Below are positions 55,899 to 64,000 of a DNA stretch of 64,000 nt, piece by piece. The number at the start of each line of letters is the position of its first letter. Position 1 is the stretch's first letter. The position numbers and the translations under genes are program-made. The stretch lies in NCBI GenBank assembly GCA_046563655.1, contig CM102289.1:9052001-9116000 (forward strand), given 5' to 3'. The stretch is from Yuukianura sp. NJ FZ-2021. Lineage: Eukaryota. The notes under the pieces were generated by a model, which saw only the letters and a program-made list of their open reading frames with translations, had not been told where the DNA came from and did not search any database.

Positions 55899-57668
55899 GA
55901 TGTGACACGATGAAGCCCAGCAGTTGTATACTTTCCTAAAAGAGAGTAAGTCCCAATTAACGTTTTCTTGCGGTGTGGTTTCATTCAAACCAATCACTAA
56001 TCGTAGTCTTACCTACCTGCTGCAACGAAGATGATCGTTTGAGAATCGTACAAGGTTCGATTCAATCCGTCCGAACCAGAAATCGTAAAACCGCAACTCC
56101 AACCACTTACTCCTCTTCCTTGTCACCGTAAAGACCAGACGATGGCAAGAGTCTGCGAAGAACAATTACTAATTAATTACGAGAAGTTCAACAATAAACA
56201 AAAGAACTGAACACCACAATTGATTTTTTAATTTCCAGAAAAAGTAAACTATGCGGTGCTTTCACGTTCTGGGCAAGTGCAGACTGATATAACGAGTAGC
56301 CTAGTCTATAGTGCTTAAATTACTTTCAGTATAGGTGGATAGGCGTTACGGCTACTCGCGGGAAATTCGAAAAAAACTAAACTTTTCTGGTGCGGAAGAA
56401 GCACAGTCGTGTGTTTCGTATTTTTCATTAATTAAACCAAGAATTGTTATACGTGTTCGTCCATCCGTTTGTTTAACGTCAAGGCTAATAATTGTACTAA
56501 TTGATTACTGAGAAAATTAACGTAATTAATTACTGATTAAAGTTCGTATTTACAGTAATCACTCATGCTGTTTTCCAACCGCCTCGTCCCGCGCTCAGTC
56601 TGACTAAATATTCCCGCTTCGTAACATTCTAGGCATGCCACCACCATCGACAGATATGGACAATAGTTATTTACGCCTTTATTTATAATTATAAATTCAG
56701 TGCGTGTAAATAGTTATCTTAATTAAATAATAGATTAACTTAAATATTACATTAAAAACTATTATTATTCTACTATTATAATTGCTATTTGCCATACAAG
56801 TGTCCAATTTCGTTTGGTATTTGCATTTATTTTAAGTGGAAAAGATGAGTAGCTGGTTAAAATATATCAAGTAAAATTAAACTCGATTCCGATAAAAGTT
56901 AATATAATTGCGACTAATTATAAATAATTAACATTCTGTTTTTGTTCTTTTTTTGCAATGGTGATGAGATGAGTCATTAGAAATTCCCATTCATGCTTTT
57001 ACCTCTGCGTTCTTTGTTCTCACTTTCACTCTTTCTCTCTTTCTCCCTCTTTCCCCGCCCCCCACCCACCTTCCTCCAGGAACCACAATTCATTCATCAT
57101 TTCCAATTCACATTTAGATTTTAGTCAGCAGGTAATGTAAACAACAAAAACAACTGTAAACTCAACGATATTTCTAGAGCCATCACTTATCTTATCATCA
57201 ATCAACTCAATTGATTTAATCACTAATTGATACTATCCTTTAGGTCTACCACACCCAAATAACAATCTTCAGACTCGGACAGTCAGGAATTCATCATCCA
57301 CGGAAAGTCCAGGTTAAATTTCCAGGAAAGAGTACTTGTCTATCATTCACTTCTTGGTAAGAGATGCAGGAGGCAATAAACTTAAATGATTAGTAATTTG
57401 ACACCATTCACCTAAGAAGTGCTTGGTAAATAATGTTTGAATGAAGTCAGATTGTCAAACCAAGGTATTTCTATGAGTTGTAATGTGCGGTTACATGTTT
57501 ATTCTGGTGAAAATTTACGATTGGCATTTGTGGTTTAGAATTAGAGTACTAAAAATAATCTGTGTTTAATTCATTCAGGAACTTTTCTGTATGGAAAGCA
57601 GTGATTGACGAAGCAGGAAATCAGCCTGACGTGAACCCAGCGAAGCGAATTGTTTCCTTTTACCGAAA

Positions 57669-60600
57669 ATGGATTTTATAAGGTTACCGCAAAAACTACT
57701 TTTAGTAATTAAGAATTTAAGGATTTGAGAATATGATTAACGGTTTTTGTTTATATCAGGGCGACGTTAAGTTCTTTGCCACTGCCACCACCACCGATGA
57801 CCTTGGAAGATAACATTGGCATTGGCCTCCTGGATGACTTTGTTGACACATTGGACTTTGATTGTGAAAATAACGGCGGTGGGGATAGTCCTACCAATTC
57901 ATTTATTGCTCCTCCAGAGTCGCAGTGAGTGTATCACTATGTGGTTCAATACCAAAATTCCTCTGCGCAGTACAAATATTAAGCAAAGTGTTAATTAACC
58001 TATGATAATTCTTTTGTAGATGGTACCACGGGAGATTAGACCGTCATTCAACGGAAGAACGCTTGAGAGCAGCCGGAAAGCCTGGTAGCTACTTAGTCCG
58101 CGAGAGCGATCGAAAACCAGGCTCATATGTTCTGTCATACTTCGGCAAGACAGGAATCAATCACTTCCGGTAATTCTAAATCGTTTCAGAAACGTTTCGC
58201 ATAACAAATTTTTCTTTTATAAAACTAATAACTACGTTGTTTCCAGAATCACTGCTGTGTGTGGAGATTTTTATATTGGTGGAAGGCGTTTTGACTCTTT
58301 GATTGATCTGATTGGATACTACACGAGTGTATCCGATTTGCTCAAGAAAGAACGTCTTATCCTTCCGATTGCTCCCCCGGAACCTGTAAACGACAAGAAA
58401 CGTGTGATTGCCATACTTCCATACACACGAATGCCAGACACTGATGAGCTCTCTTTCCAAAAAGGCGACATTTTCTTCATGCATAATGACTTGGGTAAGG
58501 AAGCTTGCACTAACAGTGCTAATCAGCATAGGAATCTTTTTCAAAATGTTGGTTGTTTCTAGGCGACGGATGGATCTGGGTTACGGCTCATCGAACAGGA
58601 GAGCAAGGGCTTATCTTCAGAGATCTTGTGGAGGATCTGGATGATGTGATCGATCCAAACTCAGTTTTTGCCTGGTTCCATTCTAATGTCACGAAAGACG
58701 AAGCCGTGAACTTGCTTGTGGCAGGTCAGCAATATGATTAAGTCGAAGTTTTATTTACTTTGTACTTATATTTTTTTTTTCGTTTTAGCTGGCCCTGGAA
58801 GCTTCCTGGTTCGTCCAAGCGACAATTCTCCTGGAGATTATTCACTTTTCTTTCACATCAACAATCAGATTCAGCGATTCCGAATTGAAAAGAAGGGCGT
58901 GCGATATCTTATGGGCGGAAGAACGTTTGAATGTTTGGACGCCGTTATTAACCGGTACGCTTCCAGTACTTTCTAACTTTTTTAAGAATTAGAACTTAAT
59001 CTAAATAATTTCTACCTTGCGCAGATATAAAACAGAGCAAATCGTGGAAGGACATACGCTAGGTCATCCCGTGGTCAAGGTAAGGTCAACTCTAACATTT
59101 GTAACATTTTTGCACAACTTTCATCCTGAAGTAGCGTAAATACTGCTGGAAGGTTATCGTTATCTATCAATGAAAAAATGTCAATGGGGTGATTGATATT
59201 ACTTAACCCTTCCATTCCGGCAATGACATCATCTTGTGAAATGCGTATTTTCAGGCATTTTCCAATAGGTGGCACTTTGGTCAAATTCGCCAAATTCAAG
59301 GACATCTCATTTGGAAGGGTTTAACACCATCCAAAAAAATTTAATTCGGCATTTAAACAAAAAAAATGGCCGAAAGACGCCGCCAAAAATTAAAAACTCG
59401 ATAAAGTCCCCAAAGATGGCGGAGGAGCAATCTTAAACATCCGTCATTGACATAAACTTGTCAACATTACTTATTGCATGGAGGCCGTCCATGACAAGAA
59501 GTTGTCAGCGTCGTTGCCTAGTTGTACAAGTGGTAACACACAACCACGGAAACAATGTGACAACACTGTGTGACAACTTCTTGTCGACACAGGTTATGTA
59601 GTCGGGGTCCTGACTTTCACAGGAATATGTCGTTGCCGGTTTTCCAAATTAAAATTATTCAACGGTCGGGAGAGGTTAACTCTTCCCTCGATGTTATGAA
59701 GCGGAGGAAGCACTATTTCCACTATATTGCGTTTTATGAGTATCTGATAACTCAGAAATCAGTAACTGATGCTGATAGTAAATGTTTGTGTGCCAAACCG
59801 TGACATGCCATTTTTGGATTGTGAATGAGTGGAGTTTTGTGTGACAATGGAATGAATAATTAATAGATTTCTGGTTTTGAGTTCTTTTGTGATTTATTTT
59901 TTGAATCGCACTAAGGATGACAAATGCCGCGACACAGGCTGTTTACTTCCTTCAGGAAGACTTTGTACATTACAAATCCAAACTCTGTTGACTCCTTTCA
60001 GATTCGTGGAGAAAATGAAGAGTCCTACAAACCACCGGAAGTCAAGAATCCAGAAAAGATTTACGCCACTTTGCAAGAGTGTCGAGATACTTCTGGGATT
60101 AAGAAGACTGAAGGTAATAAAACTAAATTAATCAATTATTACTGGTTTCAAAAAGTAAAAGTTTAAACGATTTGTTTTTTCAGTTTGTAGGAAATCTGGA
60201 TACTTGTACAAGCGGAGTGACAAAAATAAAAAGTGGAAGTCAATGTTTTTCTTACTCCAAATGGATGGAACAGATACTCATCTCTTAATTTTTGAAAGTC
60301 CAAAGGTAATATACGACCAACCTTGTTTGAAATATTTTGGAAAAGTTTTTTTGAATTTTCTTTTTTTCTTTTTTTTAAAAATTTTGAAAATCTAACAGAG
60401 AACGAAGCCCAAAGGCCTGGTGGATCTCGGATGCGCTTACTTGTATCCTCTACATGACAGTTTTTTTGAGAAGCCCTACTGCTTTCAATTGGTCGAACGA
60501 GCTCTGCCCTGCCTAGCAACGGTCACCTATCTCTGCGCTCCGTCTTCCGAAGAACATCAGGTTAGCACGACTTCCAAAAAGTTTTTCCAAAAAGTTAAGT

Positions 60601-62745
60601 TTTTCCAAAATGTTTGAATCTGTGTTGTTACTTTTGTTTTTGTCCAGGACTGGATTGGAATTCTCAAACCGTTATGTGTTCCGCAACTAGCTCGCGCTCC
60701 GAAAATTCAGCGTCTGCGGGAACTACGTTGCCTCAACTTAGGAATTTTAGAGGCCCATCGACTTCCATACAAACTAGTGCCAAATCCCCTCTGTATCCTG
60801 TCTCTAAACCAAGTCAAAGTGGCCAGAACCAAGGTCAAAACGGGCTATGACCCTGTCTGGGACGAAGAGTTTCAATTAGAGTAACAAAATCAACACTTTT
60901 TAGTCAATTTGTCAATTGTTTAACTTTTTTTTATTTGCTTATTTGCAGTGACATCCCACCGGATGTGATCACCGTCACGGTGTCAGTTTATAACAAAGGA
61001 AAAAGAGCAAAGGATTCCGAGGTGGCTGAAATTACCATTGATTTGAATCACTTGGTCAACGGAGAGGAGGTAAGTGTCAAATTCCAAAAATTGAATTTTC
61101 TTTTCAAAATGTTGAAATTTTCCTTCAAAATTTTGATGTTTTTTTAGAAAGAGGACTGGTACTCCCTGAGTGGGATCACGCCGATAGGAGAATGGGGATC
61201 CCTTCGTCTCAGAATTCGTTACATGAATGATCTCATTATGCCAGTTGAGGAGTACTCGCCACTCAAAGAACTTCTGCTTGATTCAAAAGTGGAAGCTGTC
61301 AAGGCCCTTGCTGATGTTTGCCATTCGAACCGAACTGCCGTTGCAAATTCACTTCTGAGAGTATTTCAGTAAGCAATTTTCAAATTTTCATATTTTTCAA
61401 AATTTCGAATTTGAGTAAACCTGCGATTTTGAATTTTTAGGCATGAGAAGAAGGAGGTAGAGCTTCTGGCTTCACTGATGGAACAAACTGTGCAAAAAGA
61501 AGCCGACACTTCAACACTTTTTAGAGCCGATTCATTGACTACTGCCCTGATGGACTCTTACATGAAGAGTATCTGTCATGACTTTCTGCAAGCAGCAGTT
61601 TCCGATACGATCAACAGAATACTCGAAACGAAGCAATCATGTGAACTAAACCCAAGCAAAATTGAGCCAGGAGGGGACAATTGTGCCAATGCAGAGTTCT
61701 TACTCGTCGTTCTAGATGAAATCACGGATAACATCTTCCAAGCCTATGACTCTTGCCCGATGTAAGTTACTTACTGTAGTTAAAATTTGTATTTTGAAAT
61801 TGAATTTGAAATTGGCGGTGGATTTGTTATGATTTGCAGGACGTTGAGATACATTTGTGGATGCTTACAAAGAGCAGCCATAAGTAAGTGGCCAAATGAG
61901 CGACTAGTCAAGGCAAGAGTAGTGAGTGGATTCATTTTCCTCCGCTTGATCTGTCCATCATTGCTGAATCCACGTCAATTCGGACTTGTTTCAGGTAAAT
62001 CTGAAATACTATAGAATAACGTTCAAGACGTTTTCAAAACGTTCAAGACGTTTTCAAAACGTTCAAGACGTGTTCAAAACGTTCAACTTTTTCCAAAACT
62101 TGTTTTTCAGAAACTCCGCAGCAAATGGCCAATCGTTCTCTGGTGATGATTGCCAAATGCTTGCAGAACTTGGCCAATCTAGTCGAATTTGTTGGAAAGG
62201 AGCCGTACATGGAAGTTGTGAATCCATTCATCCTCAAAAACAAGGAGCGCATGATGGTGTTCCTGGATCATCTCTCTGTAAGTACTTTTTTTTAACCATT
62301 TTGTAATTTAAAGCTGAGATACTAAAAAAATTTAGTCACAGTAAAATTTAGTAACTTAGCAAGGTCTGGTTCACAGTAAAACTTTTTCATAGTCAAGGGA
62401 CTTAGCAAAGTCTCAGTCACTGGAAAATTTAGTAACTAAATGTTTTTTTGAAAATGTTATTTAGAATGTGAAGGAGCGTCCGGAACCAGAAGAAAGTCAT
62501 AGATTACAAACTGACCCTGCGAGGGACATGGGGACCCTTCATCACATTTGTGTCACCAATTTCAAGGACCTACAAGCAAAGAGCAAAACGCAAGTAAGTT
62601 TTGGCTCATTTTTATACGATTTTTGTGTGTTCTGTTGAATTTTGAATTTTTATTTTGTTTTTAGCCTACAATCAAGAAGTTAGCAACTGTAACAGAGATG
62701 CTGAGCAAACACAAGCAAAAATATCGTGAAATGATTCGAACTTAA
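57669..62745 (+). CDS. RASA1: p120 Ras GTPase-activating protein (SH2-SH3-SH2-PH-C2-RasGAP; vap/RASA1); multi-exon
   Basis: WYHGRLDR/GSYLVRESDRKPG (SH2), AILPYTRMPDTDELSFQKGD (SH3), GSFLVRPSDNSPGDYSL (SH2), PH, C2, TLFRADSL arginine finger and GFIFLRLICP. Confidence 0.96.
59493..59585. repeat. Intronic inverted repeat/hairpin
   Basis: GACAAGAAGTTGTCA (59493-59507) is the exact reverse complement of TGACAACTTCTTGTC (59571-59585). Confidence 0.8.
62018..62087. repeat. Roughly 20-bp tandem repeat (AACGTTCAAGACGTTTTCAA, about 3.5 copies) in a RasGAP intron
   Basis: Directly visible. Confidence 0.85.
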
Positions 62746-63331
62746 ACGACTTCTGCGTCAACAATAGCTTCTCCCCTTTCTTTTTAAGAAATCACATGAC
62801 CTTTGACCTTTAGTTTTAATTTCAGACGTGTAAAGACAACAAAACAAAATTCGATTTTTTTTCGAAATGCTTTGGAATCTGCCTGAATAGTGTTTCAAAT
62901 TCAGGTTTCGTCAAAGACCTTTTAGGTTTTAAAAGACAATTTTAACGTGTGAAACACATCGAACTTTTTTTTGCATTCAATGTTGAATGGTATAGTTTAC
63001 TATAAATGCAGTTGTTGTGATTAATTTAAGTCCTGAATGTGTCAATTCACCCAGTTTTTACTTCTCGTCGGTCGGAACTGTCGTAGTTTTTATAAAAAGC
63101 TTCATTTTAAAAATAATCTTGCCATTTTTAACAATTTTTATCCTCCCACTTTTTCCATAATTTGTGAATATTACCTTCCCAAACTTTGGAAATTAAAAAT
63201 GTTTTCCACGGTAATGTAGCCCAACTGTTGTGTTTAGTGTTTTTTAAAAACTGGACATTTCCAAAGTTTCTGAAAATCTGAATTTTCAATTTTTTTTTGA
63301 CACTTTCTGAGTATTAGATTTTCAGAAAAAA

Positions 63332-64000
63332 ATGGACGGAAAACTGGCACCGACTCATCGAAAAAAGCGGAAGTACATTTACTGGGACTTGTTTGCCTCA
63401 GCAGTCGTCATCCTCGTTGTCGAATTGGTGACTTTCAAAAAATATTTTCAAAATTTTGAAATTTTTTTCAATGTTTACTTATTTTCTGCAGGCGTTTTTC
63501 TTAAGTTGGACTGTGTACTACTGTATCATGCTGTGGAGCTACTACGACAATGGCGGAAGAACGACAAAATTCCTTGTGGAAGAAGAAAATGGTCACGATG
63601 TTAAAAGACCAGCGATTCCAGAAGGTGAATTCAAAATTTCGAAAATTTCCAGTATTTTCATTGGCAAATTCAAAATTTTTGATTTTCACAGATATCATGT
63701 ACTACTTCCTTTTGATCGGCCTTGTCTTCTCAATTGCCATTTGTCTTCTCTTATTCCTGGGAACTGTTTGGGTAAGCATTTTTTTTAAAGAAAATCAAAC
63801 TCCAAATTCAAAAAATTGTTCTATTTTTTTCAGAAAGATTCAAAAAAAAATCTTTCGTTTTTTTAGTTGTTTCCAGATTTTTTGATTTTGTGGAAACAAG
63901 GCACCGTACTGTCCAACACGTACTTTTTGGTTGTGTACATCATCGATGGAATCTTCAGTCGGGGCTCCTTTCCTGGCGAAATTTTGATCATCCCAGTTCG
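63332..64000 (+). CDS. Partial small 4-TM protein, likely paralog of 840-1733; exons 63332-63427, 63492-63624, 63692-63771, 63867->64000
   Basis: Phases 0,1,0; ...SAVVILVVEL|AFFLSWTVYYCIML...PE|DIMYYFLLIGLVFSIAICLLLFLGTVW|LFPDFLILW...IIPVR. Confidence 0.65.

Overview
Compact, AT-rich eukaryotic (invertebrate, probably arthropod-like) genomic DNA with short, mostly GT-AG introns of about 60-100 nt, so the raw ORF track fragments most genes. I reconstructed exons by hand from splice sites and frame continuity. Gene order: partial orphan gene(+), small 4-TM gene(-), PTAR1(-), DCTN3(+), LARP6-like(+), an intronless bacterial-type fold-III PLP D-amino-acid dehydratase/deaminase(-) next to an intron-containing RidA(-), Homer(-), a tandem array of five orphan Cys-containing membrane-protein genes plus one spare terminal exon(+), PP2A B'' with two candidate alternative N-termini(+), a full-length ABCB-type transporter(-), RpS15(-), FMC1(-), ZFR/Zn72D(-), p120 RasGAP(+) and a partial 4-TM paralog(+). 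Most notable: (1) a likely horizontally acquired enamine-producing dehydratase beside a host enamine deaminase (RidA); (2) an intact ABCB gene with both ATPase sites degenerate and a long, R-domain-like linker; (3) an orphan tandem family, possibly nested antisense within a long Homer intron; (4) a LARP6 lacking the RRM. Family calls come from recalled motifs; no database search was run.
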